The notes: generated by a model from the letters alone, not told the origin. DNA of 64,000 nt from Candidatus Latescibacterota bacterium (GCA_965237525.1 CBDEFO010000003.1:384001-448000); one strand, 5' to 3'. Counted from the stretch's first letter, positions 1 through 10,307 are shown. Numbers and translations: made by a program.

Positions 1-361
1 CACGAACAGCGATCCCATAGCTCACAATGTGCACACTATCTCAGATGAGAATCCGTCTTTCAACAAGTTCCAGAAGAAAAACAAGCTGTCCGTGGTCTTC
101 CAATACCCTGAGATAATTCAGGTGGAATGCAACATGCACAGCTGGATGAAGGCGTGGATCGTGGTGGCTGATAGTACATATTATGCCCTGACGGATAAAG
201 ACGGCTCGTTCAAAATAGAGAACATCCCGCCGGGGACTTATAAATTGAGGCTGTGGCACGAGTCCTTAGGGGAAAACGTAAAGGAAGTCGTAGTTAAATC
301 GGCAGAAGATTTGAAAGTGGACTTCAAACTCAGTAAGAGGAGTACGAATGAATCTGAATGA
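1..361 (+). CDS. Carboxypeptidase-regulatory-like/cupredoxin-like domain protein (5' part outside window)
   Basis: C-N-M-H-S-W-M-K-A-W motif followed by TDKDGSFKIENIPPGTYKLRLWHE; the frame appears open from the window edge. Confidence 0.7.
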   Translation, partial: TNSDPIAHNVHTISDENPSFNKFQKKNKLSVVFQYPEIIQVECNMHSWMKAWIVVADSTYYALTDKDGSFKIENIPPGTYKLRLWHESLGENVKEVVVKSAEDLKVDFKLSKRSTNESE

Positions 362-1094
362 CAGGGTCGCCATTGTCACAGGGGCAGGTAGAGGGATAGG
401 CGAAGCTACCGCTTTGAGGCTGGCAGAATACGGAGCGAAAGTTGCCATCGTGGACATGGATGCACTGACTGCCCACACGGTGGCAGACAAGATAGAGGGT
501 ATGGGCCGAAGGGCAATTGCGGTGGTAGCAGATGTCTCCGACGCCTCGGATGTCCGGAAGATGGTAGAAGCGACTTTGAAGGAGTTCAAAAGGATTGATA
601 TTCTGGTGAATAACGCAGGGATCGCGGGCAAGAGTGCAAAGTTATGGGAACTTACCGAGGAGGACTGGGACTCGGCGATGGGCGTGGACCTAAAGAGCGT
701 CTTCTTGTGCTGTAAGGCTGTAGTCCCTCATATGATAGAGAGAAAATACGGAAAGATCGTGAACGTGGCTTCTATCGCGGGAAAAGAGGGAAATCCAAAT
801 CTTACGGCTTACTCAACCGCAAAGGCGGGCGTTATATGTCTGACGAAGGCTCTGGCCAAAGAGGTGATCGATTACAATATAAACGTAAACTGCGTGTCTC
901 CGGCCCTGGTAGATACTCCCCTATTGAGGCAGTTCCCTCAGCACGTCATAGATTATATGGTGGGCAAGATTCCGCTCGGCAGGCTGGGAACAGCCGATGA
1001 AGTGGCGGCTGTGATACATTTCTTGTCCTGTGACGATGCCAGCTTTGTTACAGGACAGTGCTACGATGTCAGCGGAGGAAGAGCAACCTATTAA
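348..1094 (+). CDS. SDR family NAD(P)-dependent oxidoreductase (FabG-like)
   Basis: TGAGRGIG, NNAG and YSTAK motifs; 248 aa. Confidence 0.92.
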   Translation: MNLNDRVAIVTGAGRGIGEATALRLAEYGAKVAIVDMDALTAHTVADKIEGMGRRAIAVVADVSDASDVRKMVEATLKEFKRIDILVNNAGIAGKSAKLWELTEEDWDSAMGVDLKSVFLCCKAVVPHMIERKYGKIVNVASIAGKEGNPNLTAYSTAKAGVICLTKALAKEVIDYNINVNCVSPALVDTPLLRQFPQHVIDYMVGKIPLGRLGTADEVAAVIHFLSCDDASFVTGQCYDVSGGRATY

Positions 1095-1143
1095 AAAAGC
1101 TTCAGCCACCAAGGCACAAAGATAAAAAAATTAGTGTCTTTGT

Positions 1144-1190
1144 GTTACCCCCTATATCCCCCCTTAATAAGGGGGGATATAGGGGGTAAC
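1144..1190. repeat. Perfect 47-bp palindrome (23-bp arms)
   Basis: GTTACCCCCTATATCCCCCCTTA-A-TAAGGGGGGATATAGGGGGTAAC. Confidence 0.9.
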
Positions 1191-1233
1191 TAACCTCAGC
1201 CTGTGCTTAGCCTTAATTGAAAAGAGCCAAAAG

Positions 1234-3459
1234 TTGTTAGAGCATTTAGAAGGAACAATAGAGCGGATAACGTACCAAAACGAAGAGACAGGGTACGTGA
1301 TCGCCAAGCTTGAGCCCAAAGGGGATCCCCAACTAAAGCGCAGGCGCAGTTCCCCATCGCAGAGATTCTGGGGGCAGAACAAGAGCGCTCTAAATCTGGT
1401 CACGATAGTGGGCGAAATGGCCTCAGTAAATCCGGGCGAGAACGTGACATTAGAAGGCTACTGGACCACTCACCCCGAGTACGGCCACCAGTTCAAAATT
1501 GAATCTTACAAAATAGTCCATCCTTCGACCGTAGAGGGTTTAAGGAAATATTTGGGCTCAGGGCTCATCAAGGGAATAGGACCTGTTACCGCCAGTAGAA
1601 TCGTGGATCATTTCGGTCTGGAGACTTTAGAAGTTATCGAAAACGATCCCGAACGTCTATCAGAGACCCCCGGTGTAGGTGAAAAAAGAGTCAAGATGAT
1701 AGGAAAGGCATGGCAGGAGCAGAGGAAAGTAAAGGATGTGATGCTGTTCCTTCAATCTCACGACGTCAGCACAGGCTATGCGACCAAGATTTACAAACAG
1801 TACGGAGACAATGCCATAAACGTAGTAAAGAATAATCCATATCAACTGGAAAGAGATATATGGGGGATAGGTTTCCTGACGGCGGACAAGATAGCCAGGA
1901 GCATAGGAATAGAGAACGACTCTATCGAGAGAATAAAGGCGGGGATAAGGTATGCGCTCAATAAGCTCTCCGAGGAGGGACACGTCTATGCCCCCTCCTT
2001 GGAACTTGTGGACAAGGCTGTGGAGTTTCTGGAGGTGAGGGCGGAGCTCGTATCTGAGGCTTTAGGGGTGATGGAGCAGGATAAAGAGATTGTAGTTGAG
2101 GGTGGGAGAGTCTTTTTGCCCCCTTTATATTACGCTGAGGTGGGAATTGCTAATAACTTAAAGCGGCTTATGCTCTCCCCGCTCTTCGGGAGGAATTTCG
2201 ACGCCCAGAAAGAGATAGAACACATAGAAAAAAGGAGCAGCATAAGATTCTCCAAAAGGCAAACAGTTGCGATTCAAACCTCCCTTACGGATAAGGTGAT
2301 GGTCCTAACAGGGGGGCCAGGGACGGGAAAGACGACTATCACCAGGGGGATAATAGATGTCTTTGAATCCAACGGGCTGAGAGTCATGCTGTGCGCTCCT
2401 ACAGGGAGAGCGGCCAAAAGGCTCTCTGAGGCCACCGGAAGGAGAGCACAAACCGTTCACAGACTCCTGGGATTCAAGCCGGGTGAAGGTGCTTTCCAGA
2501 AGGACAGGGAAAACCTATTAGATGCGGATGTCCTTATTGTGGATGAGATGTCCATGGTGGATGCGCCCTTGATGAACAGCCTCGTGCGGGCACTTCCTCA
2601 CCAGGCCAGGCTTATCCTTGTGGGAGACGCCGATCAACTGCCCTCTGTAGGGGCTGGAAATGTGCTGAGAGACATAATAGATTCGGGAGAAATTCCAATT
2701 GTCGAGCTATATGAGATATTCCGTCAGGAACGAGGGAGTTTGATCGTTACGAACGCTCATAAGATAAATAGCGGAGAATATCCGTATATTAATAACAAAG
2801 ATTCCAGGGATTTCTTCTTCGTAGAGGAGGAGGACACGGAGTCCACCCCGGGGATAATCGAGGATCTCTGCAAAAGGAGGATCCCAAAGAGGACAGGCCT
2901 TGACCCTATAGACGACATTCAGGTCATCTGTCCTATGTACAAGGGAGAGACAGGTGTCATAAATCTAAACAGCAGGCTTCAGGAGGCTCTAAATCCGATT
3001 CCAGAGATGCCAAAGAAGCCTGTTGATGCACTAAGGATCAGAAGAGGAAACACGGAGTACAGGGTCAAAGATAAGGTGATGCAGATGAGGAATAACTACA
3101 GCAAGATGGTGTTCAACGGAGACATAGGGGCCATAAAGACGATAAATTTGGAGGATCAGAGTCTCAGTGTCATGTTCGATAGACTCGTGGAGTACGACTT
3201 CCGAGAATTAGATGAGTTAATATTAGCGTACGCCGTCTCTGTGCACAAATATCAGGGCAGTGAGTGCAGGGCAATGGTTATGCCTTTGACGACCCAGCAC
3301 TATATGATGCTTCAGAGAAATCTGCTGTACACAGCGGTGACAAGGGCCAGAGACATGGTGGTGCTTGTAGGAACGAAGAAGGCCCTGTGGATAGCCATCA
3401 AGAACGATAAAGTGGCAGAAAGATACACGTCGCTGGACGAAAGACTGAAAGAGCAGTAG
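1234..3459 (+). CDS. recD2: ATP-dependent RecD-like DNA helicase
   Basis: N-terminal OB/HhH region (YLGSGLIKGIGP), Walker A GGPGTGKT, DEMSM, GDADQLPSVG, LLYTAVTRA. Confidence 0.95.
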   Translation: MLEHLEGTIERITYQNEETGYVIAKLEPKGDPQLKRRRSSPSQRFWGQNKSALNLVTIVGEMASVNPGENVTLEGYWTTHPEYGHQFKIESYKIVHPSTVEGLRKYLGSGLIKGIGPVTASRIVDHFGLETLEVIENDPERLSETPGVGEKRVKMIGKAWQEQRKVKDVMLFLQSHDVSTGYATKIYKQYGDNAINVVKNNPYQLERDIWGIGFLTADKIARSIGIENDSIERIKAGIRYALNKLSEEGHVYAPSLELVDKAVEFLEVRAELVSEALGVMEQDKEIVVEGGRVFLPPLYYAEVGIANNLKRLMLSPLFGRNFDAQKEIEHIEKRSSIRFSKRQTVAIQTSLTDKVMVLTGGPGTGKTTITRGIIDVFESNGLRVMLCAPTGRAAKRLSEATGRRAQTVHRLLGFKPGEGAFQKDRENLLDADVLIVDEMSMVDAPLMNSLVRALPHQARLILVGDADQLPSVGAGNVLRDIIDSGEIPIVELYEIFRQERGSLIVTNAHKINSGEYPYINNKDSRDFFFVEEEDTESTPGIIEDLCKRRIPKRTGLDPIDDIQVICPMYKGETGVINLNSRLQEALNPIPEMPKKPVDALRIRRGNTEYRVKDKVMQMRNNYSKMVFNGDIGAIKTINLEDQSLSVMFDRLVEYDFRELDELILAYAVSVHKYQGSECRAMVMPLTTQHYMMLQRNLLYTAVTRARDMVVLVGTKKALWIAIKNDKVAERYTSLDERLKEQ

Positions 3460-3783
3460 ACAGCAAACAGTAGACAGTAGACAGAGGCACAGCCTCACCT
3501 CCCTCCGAGATTGCTTTGTCAGACATTCCTGTCTGACCCACCGTGACGGGTAGGACGGACATTCTTGTCTGTCCTATGAAAGGCCCGGACAAGCACTGTC
3601 ATTGCGAGCCGAAGCCCAGAGCCCTTAGCCCAGAGCGAAGCGAAGGGGCAGCGAAGCAATCTCAAGTGGATGAAGGGATAACCTGTCTATTGTCCGAACA
3701 CACGGGTTGGCCCCTACGAATTTGTCCTCTACCATTGTTTGTAGGGGCAGACCCACGTGTCTGCCCTATCTCATGTATCTACG
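3455..3783. repeat. Composite intergenic repeat cassette (AGTAGAC heptamers, REP-like hairpins, GTCATTGCGAG..GCGAAGCAATCTC module)
   Basis: AGTAGACAG x3, GTCAGACATTCCTGTCTGAC, GGACGGACATTCTTGTCTGTCC, GTAGGGGCAGACCCACGTGTCTGCCC. Confidence 0.8.
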
Positions 3784-4944
3784 AAGGACTCTAAGTTGAA
3801 CCTAACCTCTAAAATAAAAAAACGAGCCGCAGACCTCGGCTTCGACCTTGTGGGCGTCTCCCGCGCTCTGCCACTTCCGGGAGGGGACTTCTACCAAGAG
3901 TGGCTGGAAAAGGGCTACGCAGGCAACATGGAATATATGGAGAGGAACGCGGAAAAAAGGAAAGATCCCGGGAATCTGATAGAGGGAGCCTTATCTGTTA
4001 TATCCGTTGGGATGAACTACTTTGTAAAGGGAGACAGTGCCCCCGAAGATGGAGGCATCTACGGAAGGATAGCGATGTATGCGCTAGGAGACGACTATCA
4101 CGATCATATCAAGAAAAAGCTCTTCGACCTTCTGGAGTTTATAGAGGAGGAGTACAGCGGGGAGGTTAAAGGAAAGGCCTATGTGGACACCGGTCCCGTC
4201 CTGGAACGTGAAATAGGGAACCTTGCGGGGATAGGTTGGTACGGCAAAAACACGAATCTCATAAATAAAGAGATAGGATCGTGGCTCTTGCTGGGTGAGA
4301 TAGTTTTGAATATTGAACTTGAGTACGACGAACCTGCCCTGGACCACTGCGGGACGTGTACAGCGTGTCTCGATGTCTGTCCGACGGAGGCGCTGGTTGA
4401 TCCTTACGTTCTGGACTCGACGCTGTGCATTTCCTATCTGACTATAGAGTTGAAAGGCCCGATCCCTCTCGAACTCAGGCCCCTTGTAGGAGACTATATA
4501 TTCGGGTGTGACGACTGTCAGGATGTGTGCCCCTGGAACAGCAAAGCTGAAGAAACAGATGAACCGGCATTTCAGCCGAGAGACGGCTTTTCGGCGCCCT
4601 CTCTTGTCTCCCTTATGGGAATGGACGATGAGGCGTTCAGGTCACGTTTTAAGGGCAGCCCCATCAAAAGGGCAAAAAGGAGGGGATTTTTGAGAAACGT
4701 GGCTGTCGCTCTGGGAAATTCTGGGAAGAAGGAGGCTATTCCCGTGCTTGTAAAATCGCTGAGGGACGACGACCCGCTCATACGGGGTCACTCTGCGTGG
4801 GCGTTAGGTCAAATCGGGGGGGATGAGGCAAAGAACGCTATGGAACAGGTCTTGGAGGTAGAGAATGATGAGGAGGTAACAAAAGAATTAGAGTATGCCC
4901 TACAGAGTCTTAACCTAATGGGAACGGGTCTGCATAATTCATAA
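3757..4944 (+). CDS. queG: tRNA epoxyqueuosine(34) reductase with C-terminal HEAT repeat (true start probably TTG ~3796)
   Basis: YALGDDYH, VDTGPVLER, CGTCTACLDVCPT, GCDDCQDVCPWN. Confidence 0.95.
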   Translation: MSALSHVSTKDSKLNLTSKIKKRAADLGFDLVGVSRALPLPGGDFYQEWLEKGYAGNMEYMERNAEKRKDPGNLIEGALSVISVGMNYFVKGDSAPEDGGIYGRIAMYALGDDYHDHIKKKLFDLLEFIEEEYSGEVKGKAYVDTGPVLEREIGNLAGIGWYGKNTNLINKEIGSWLLLGEIVLNIELEYDEPALDHCGTCTACLDVCPTEALVDPYVLDSTLCISYLTIELKGPIPLELRPLVGDYIFGCDDCQDVCPWNSKAEETDEPAFQPRDGFSAPSLVSLMGMDDEAFRSRFKGSPIKRAKRRGFLRNVAVALGNSGKKEAIPVLVKSLRDDDPLIRGHSAWALGQIGGDEAKNAMEQVLEVENDEEVTKELEYALQSLNLMGTGLHNS

Positions 4945-4979
4945 TTAGCAACTTTGTTTTAGCCACAGGAAGGTTTCAA

Positions 4980-5374
4980 ATGTCCAGTACAGCCACTACG
5001 AACGCAGTTGAGTGCATAGTTCCAATCCTAAGTGTCAAGGACATTTCAGTCAGCATAGATTACTATGTAAAGGTGCTTGGCTTCAAGCAGGAATGGTCTT
5101 ATGGCGCAGCCTCACCTACATTTGCAGGAGTATCACGTGACAGCTTTTCCATCTACCTATGCCAAGGGATGCCCAAGGCCAACCCGGGACATGGATCTGG
5201 ATCGGCGTTGAGGATGCTGCTGCACTCTTTGAGGAGTATAAGGCGCGGGGCGCTACGATCCGACAGGAACCGACAAACTATTCCTGGGCATATGAGATGA
5301 GAGTCGAGGATCCTGATGGTCACGTTCTGCGCATTGGTTCAGAACCAATGGAAGGTGAGCCTTCAAAGGACTGA
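4980..5374 (+). pseudogene. VOC/glyoxalase-bleomycin resistance family protein, frameshifted near 5165
   Basis: PILSVKDISVSIDYYVKVLGF in one frame; QGQPGTWIWIGVED...WAYEMRVEDPDGHVLRIG in another. Confidence 0.8.
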
Positions 5375-5443
5375 AATTGTCATGCAACTACGAGTGCCAA
5401 CCCGCGGATGAACCAGCCGCGGTAATGGAGAACCAGTAACACA

Positions 5444-5633
5444 AGTAGACAGCATACAGGAAGAAAGGGTCTCAGTGAGATTGCTTCGGGGTGAACGCCC
5501 TCGCAATAACTCCGGTAAAGTAACGGTCATTGTGAATCGCCTACTACGGCCATCGCTAGTAGCTCCTCTGTGTCATTGCGACCCCGTCCGATGGAATCTA
5601 TCGGGGTTAGATCGGGGGAAGGGGAACGATCTC
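5444..5633. repeat. Composite repeat cassette with a nested 21-bp palindrome (5586-5606)
   Basis: AGTAGACAG, GAGATTGCTTCG..CTCGCAATAAC, TGTCATTGCGA..ATCTC. Confidence 0.7.
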
Positions 5634-5790
5634 ATGTAGGCTGTTTATCCCTGCATTGTGTCCGAAATATTTTGATCTGATACTTAGAATTCAGTATTAG
5701 AAGAGCCCAGTTGTTGCGGAATAATACAAATAGAATATCAAAACGTGACCCAGATCACAGACTTTGATTTTAGATATGCGTATCGTTCTG

Positions 5791-5819
5791 TTGACATTTC
5801 TTATGGGATCATGTATTCT
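5791..5819 (+). promoter_or_regulatory. Sigma70-type promoter, with a CRP/FNR-like site upstream at 5744-5759
   Basis: TTGACA-17bp-TATTCT; CGTGA-N6-TCACA. Confidence 0.6.
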
Positions 5820-6019
5820 TATTTATCTGTTTCCCCCTTCCAGCAGCGAAATCTCCCAAATTCAAGCGGGAGGTTAATTGCTGGTTGGGTAGATTAACTA
5901 TGTACAAATAGCTGCAGAAGGAAGTAGATAAAAGCGGATCAGCAACAACTACTAATGGTGCACGAACTTTCTTAATTTTTTTGTTTCTACCGATATTTCC
6001 ACAGTAAAGGAGAGCTTAA

Positions 6020-7538
6020 AAGCCTTGTGAAAAACCCTTAGATTCAGAAAGTAGTATAAAACAAGCATTGATAAAGCAGCTCCGATGTATTATATTATGT
6101 TATTGATAATATTATACATGGAGGAAACAATGACCCCACAAAAGCAGGAACAGACAAATCCGATGTTTCACTATTTTCAGATGGAGGATTTAGTTCCCGA
6201 GGATCATATCCTTCGTCAGATTGATGAGGCAGTTGATTTTTCATTTGTACGAGACGTTGTATCAGATTGTTATTGCCCTGACAATGGCAGACCCGGTATT
6301 GATCCTGAATTAGTTGTTCGAATGATCCTTATTGGCTATCTGTATAATTTGAGTGAGAATCGGCTCTGTCAGGAAGTGGGGATGCATGCGGCATATCGGT
6401 TGTTTTGTCATCAGACATTTGATGATGCGGTTCCGGATAGGAGCACGATCAACAAGCTTCGCAATCACAAGTGGGCATCCAGTGGGTTGTTTGAACGGAT
6501 AATGCGTCAGGTAGTCCAGTGTTGCATAGATGTCGGTCTTGTGAGCGGTAAACACCTTAGTGTCGACGGCACTCAGATACAAGCTGATGCTTCAGTGAAA
6601 AGTATTGAGCCGATAGAACCCCCTGTTTCTCTTGATGATTATCTCAAGGGAATCGGTTTTGAAGGTGATAAGACAAAGGGTAGGTCCGGGCATCCTCAGG
6701 ATAAAGACTTTCATGGTGAAAAGTGGACGAACCAAACACACCGTTCGACTACAGACCCCGACGCGCGCTTATACAGCAAATCGAAGGGCAAAGGGGCTTT
6801 TCTCTCGTTTATGGGCCATGATCTGATCGACACAAAAAGCAGAGTAATCCTTGAGACTCAGGGCACGCAGGCGACAGGGACAGCAGAGCCCGAAAGTGCC
6901 CTTAAGATGGTAGATGACCTTGAAACATACACCATGCCCAAAGACATTCAGACACTTAGTGCCGATACCGGTTACGGTTCTGGTAATTTTATCGCTGATG
7001 TACTTGACCGGGGAATCATACCCCATATTCCTCTGCGAGCCGATGAGAAGATTGAACCGATTCCTACATGGAAAAACAAGACAAATTCAGCACATATTCA
7101 GGCCGAACGGGATAGAAAAGTGCGAGAGGCGAAAGCCAGAAATCATGCACGGTCTATCTCATTAACAGCTGACTACAAACTCTCCCGGAGACTCCGTAAA
7201 CGCAGTGAACATATCTTTGCTGAAGCCAGGCAACAACACGGTATGGGACGAGCCCGTTACAGAGGACCAGCCTCACTGAATGAACAGTTGAATCTTGTTG
7301 CAACAGTACAGAATCTCAAGAGGCTTGTATCTTTCATAAGAAGGGGGAAAGCGTCTATGTGTGCCCTGTCTGTCAAAGACAGTGCATCCTGTTCTTCAAA
7401 CAGCTCCTGTTCCTTGCTGACCAGAACTCTGATAAGACTATTTTGCTTATTCCACAGCAAAACGATACGATATGCTACTCTTTGACCCATAATCGGCGCT
7501 TCAGACGCTGCCTGGGACATAACTATTTCACAAGGCTT
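6020..7538 (+). mobile_element. IS1182-family insertion sequence, copy 1 (1519 bp)
   Basis: Terminal IRs AAGCCTTGTGAAA/TTTCACAAGGCTT; TTAA target duplication; four near-identical copies in the window. Confidence 0.92.
6085..7485 (+). CDS. IS1182-family DDE transposase (likely start ATG 6130)
   Basis: LVPEDHILRQID..GRPGIDP (DUF772-like), VDGTQIQADAS, STTDPDARL, ADTGYGS, SEHIFAEARQQHG. Confidence 0.92.
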   Translation: MYYIMLLIILYMEETMTPQKQEQTNPMFHYFQMEDLVPEDHILRQIDEAVDFSFVRDVVSDCYCPDNGRPGIDPELVVRMILIGYLYNLSENRLCQEVGMHAAYRLFCHQTFDDAVPDRSTINKLRNHKWASSGLFERIMRQVVQCCIDVGLVSGKHLSVDGTQIQADASVKSIEPIEPPVSLDDYLKGIGFEGDKTKGRSGHPQDKDFHGEKWTNQTHRSTTDPDARLYSKSKGKGAFLSFMGHDLIDTKSRVILETQGTQATGTAEPESALKMVDDLETYTMPKDIQTLSADTGYGSGNFIADVLDRGIIPHIPLRADEKIEPIPTWKNKTNSAHIQAERDRKVREAKARNHARSISLTADYKLSRRLRKRSEHIFAEARQQHGMGRARYRGPASLNEQLNLVATVQNLKRLVSFIRRGKASMCALSVKDSASCSSNSSCSLLTRTLIRLFCLFHSKTIRYATL

Positions 7539-7541
7539 TTA

Positions 7542-8960
7542 ATGATGTTAAACTTACGAAAATCTGTTCTATCGCTGGCGGCTATTGCTTTTTTCTTCGG
7601 AATCGTTACGAGTGCTCACGCCCAACTGACCAACCCGAGCTTCGAGACAGGTGACCTAAAGGGTTGACACTCCTCTGGATCTGTCAAAGCCGTTAGGTTC
7701 GGTGGTGGCAATTACCCAAAAGACGGCAAGTACTTCGCCTTTCTCACGGCCAGTGTGTACGGTAGCACCATTTCGCAGACGTTCACGGCAAATGCGGGAG
7801 ACAAAATCTCAGGCTGGGCCTTCTTCAACGTTCAAAGCGGGTCGGCGCAGGTGCAGATCACAGAGAGCGGGTACAAGGGTATATTTAAAACCTCAATTAC
7901 GAGCCCTAAGTGGACCAGCTGGGAGTACAGGTTTAAGAAGAAGGGAAAGTACACCATAAAGGCGCTTCTCTCGCTCAAGAAGGGAGTCAAATTCAAGAAG
8001 GGCAGCGGCATGGGGTTGGACGGCCTTGTACTTGGCAGCGGGAACCGGCTACCGACGGCAGATGCTGGTCCAGACCAGAAGGTAGAATGCGCGGGTCCCG
8101 CAGGAACAAAGGTAACCCTGGACGGTTCGGGATCAAGCGATCCTGATAAGGATTATCTTAGGTACACCTGGAACGGATCCTTCGGGACGGTCACCGGCGC
8201 GAGTCCGACGGTTGCCCTCTCCCACGGCGCCCACGCCATCAAGCTTACGGTGGATGACGGCAAAGGCGGGAAGGATTCAGACAAGGTGACCATCACGATT
8301 ATGGACACTACGCCGCCGAAGATCAGCGTATCAGTGGACCCTGATGAACTGTGGCCGGCCAACCACAAGATGAAGACTATCACAGCTACCGTTACTGTGA
8401 CGGACATCTGCGATCCATCACCCGGCGTCGTGTTGACTACTATCGAAAGCGATGAACCGGACGGAGACTCTGACGCTATCCAGGCTGACAGCGGCACGGA
8501 CGATCGGGAGTTCCTGTTGCGTGCGGAGCGATCTGGAAACGGAGATGGACGGGTCTATACGATCACCTATACAGCGCAGGATGTGTCGGGGAACAGCAAC
8601 AGCGCATCGTCAACTGTGACGGTACCCCACGACAAGGGACAAGGGAAGGCGAAAGGAAGAGCGAAGGTGGCTCTAACGCCTGATACCTACAGCTTACAGC
8701 AGAACCATCCGAATCCGTTCAACCCTGAGACAATGATTGAGTATGCACTCCCGGCGGAAACACACATCCGATTGGTCGTGTACAACCAGATGGGTCAGAT
8801 TGTAAGAACACTGGTGGATGGTCACAGATCAGAAGGCAGCTACGCCATAGTCTGGGATGGCACGGACGATAGCGGAGAAGACCTCGCCAGCGGAATCTAT
8901 CTGTATCGGATAGAGGCGGATGGATTTGTGCAGACGAGGAAGATGACCTTAATGAGGTAG
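7542..8960 (+). pseudogene. Secreted PKD/Ig-domain protein with FlgD-type C-terminal domain; in-frame TGA at 7665-7667
   Basis: Signal peptide MMLNLRKSVLSLAAIAFFFGIVTSAHA, then NPSFETGDLKG*; the same frame continues into ORF 7755-8960 (ADAGPDQ..LDGSGSSDPD, WPANHKM, QNHPNPFNPET..LASGIYLYRI). Confidence 0.8.
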
Positions 8961-8998
8961 GCTCTTTGTCCCATCTCACACAAGCTCACAAAGTAACT

Positions 8999-9036
8999 AA
9001 CAGACAGCCCGTCAGAGATGGCGGGCTGTCTGTTTT
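8999..9036 (+). terminator. Rho-independent terminator
   Basis: CAGACAGCCCGTC-AGAGA-TGGCGGGCTGTCTG-TTTT downstream of the stop at 8960. Confidence 0.8.
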
Positions 9037-9056
9037 GTCATTCATAGGACTGCCCA

Positions 9057-10268
9057 TTGAGTCAGAGTGGCAAAACCGCATTGCAGGATTGTAACAACAA
9101 TTTCAAGACGTGCTTGAGGCTCTGGGCGCTACACAGTACTAGGAAGGCACACGGGATTATGCCAGCACAGAATAAGCTTATCATTCTAAAACCGATGAAT
9201 AAAACGAAAAGATCGATTTTCTACACTGTCCTGATGCTCTTTATCTCCTTGAATACACTTCTCTACACAGGGGATCTTTTCGGATCTCAGCTTGTGGGTG
9301 ATTTCGACGGAGACAATGACGTAGATCGTTCTGATTTTGTTCTTTTCGAGGATGTGTTTGGAACGACGTTCAGCTCAGCCGATTGGAATCCTGTGTTCGA
9401 TTTGGATGATGATGGCGAGATCAGTTTGTCCGACTTTTTGATCTTTGTGCATAACTTCGGCAAGAGTGTAGAGAAAAATGTCTCCGTCAAAACTGAAAAT
9501 CAAAGAACTATATTGTCTTTTCCCGACTATACCCTCGCGGTACAGTATGGCGAACCCGTTGGTATTGTTTCGCTTAAACTTACTGATCAGCAGACGGATT
9601 TTGTGCACCGGAACCTGCCCTTAGGAGACTGGGAATGGTTCAAGATAGATCTGAACGGTCGTCAGAAATGGCTAAAACTGATTATGCCTGAGTGGAGTAG
9701 CCCTGTTCTGAAAACATCTGGTGATCCTGTTGTCCTGAGGTTTGTCAGAGAGAACTCAATTGCGCCGGGCATCAGTCTGGGGGTCGAATATAACCTGAAT
9801 CGCGACAGACCAGAATTTGATATACACTATTCTATCAGCAATTCATCTGGAGAGACGCTCAGAAGCCCCTATGTGATGATCGGCTTTCCGGGATTCTCAA
9901 ATTACGAACAGGTATCCTCTGTTGAAACTGCGCTTGAAACCCGTGTCACCGCAAGCCCTTACACCAATTTCCGCGATGAGGCAATTGCGGTTAACAGAGC
10001 TGAATACCTGCTGTTGCGTCACAATGTGTCTCCTCGTTCAGGTTCCCTTGAGGTCCTAAAGGGAGTTGTCTCCATTAAAGAAGCCAGCCGTATCTTCACA
10101 CTGGAATCTTCTTTTGTGCCTGACAAGACATACAGTCAGGTCTACTCTGCCTATGTCAATAAACCTGCGTACTTGACGTGCCACATCTATGCCTTTCTCA
10201 CCGATATCCCTAATGGAGAAGAAAGAAGAATCACTATCCATTACACCGTCTATAAGAAAGAACCATAG
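9057..10268 (+). CDS. Secreted protein with N-terminal EF-hand/dockerin-like pair and an uncharacterised beta-rich domain (likely start ATG 9195)
   Basis: GDFDGDNDVDRSDF...FDLDDDGEISLSDFLIF after a hydrophobic signal segment. Confidence 0.75.
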   Translation: MSQSGKTALQDCNNNFKTCLRLWALHSTRKAHGIMPAQNKLIILKPMNKTKRSIFYTVLMLFISLNTLLYTGDLFGSQLVGDFDGDNDVDRSDFVLFEDVFGTTFSSADWNPVFDLDDDGEISLSDFLIFVHNFGKSVEKNVSVKTENQRTILSFPDYTLAVQYGEPVGIVSLKLTDQQTDFVHRNLPLGDWEWFKIDLNGRQKWLKLIMPEWSSPVLKTSGDPVVLRFVRENSIAPGISLGVEYNLNRDRPEFDIHYSISNSSGETLRSPYVMIGFPGFSNYEQVSSVETALETRVTASPYTNFRDEAIAVNRAEYLLLRHNVSPRSGSLEVLKGVVSIKEASRIFTLESSFVPDKTYSQVYSAYVNKPAYLTCHIYAFLTDIPNGEERRITIHYTVYKKEP

Positions 10269-10307
10269 GTAAGGGACAGATAAGGCAAGATTGCTTCGCC
10301 ACTTCCT

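Noticed and set aside
3543..3794. 83-aa ORF between recD2 and queG
   Set aside because: It is a translation of the repeat cassette.
4950..6019. Second att site for the tRNA-Thr island
   Set aside because: No copy of the tRNA 3' sequence was found by eye, so the left boundary is undefined.
7359..7667. MCPVCQRQC... ORF repeated at each IS end, resembling a zinc-finger protein
   Set aside because: It is an alternative frame of the transposase 3' end running out through the IR; its C-terminus differs with each flank.
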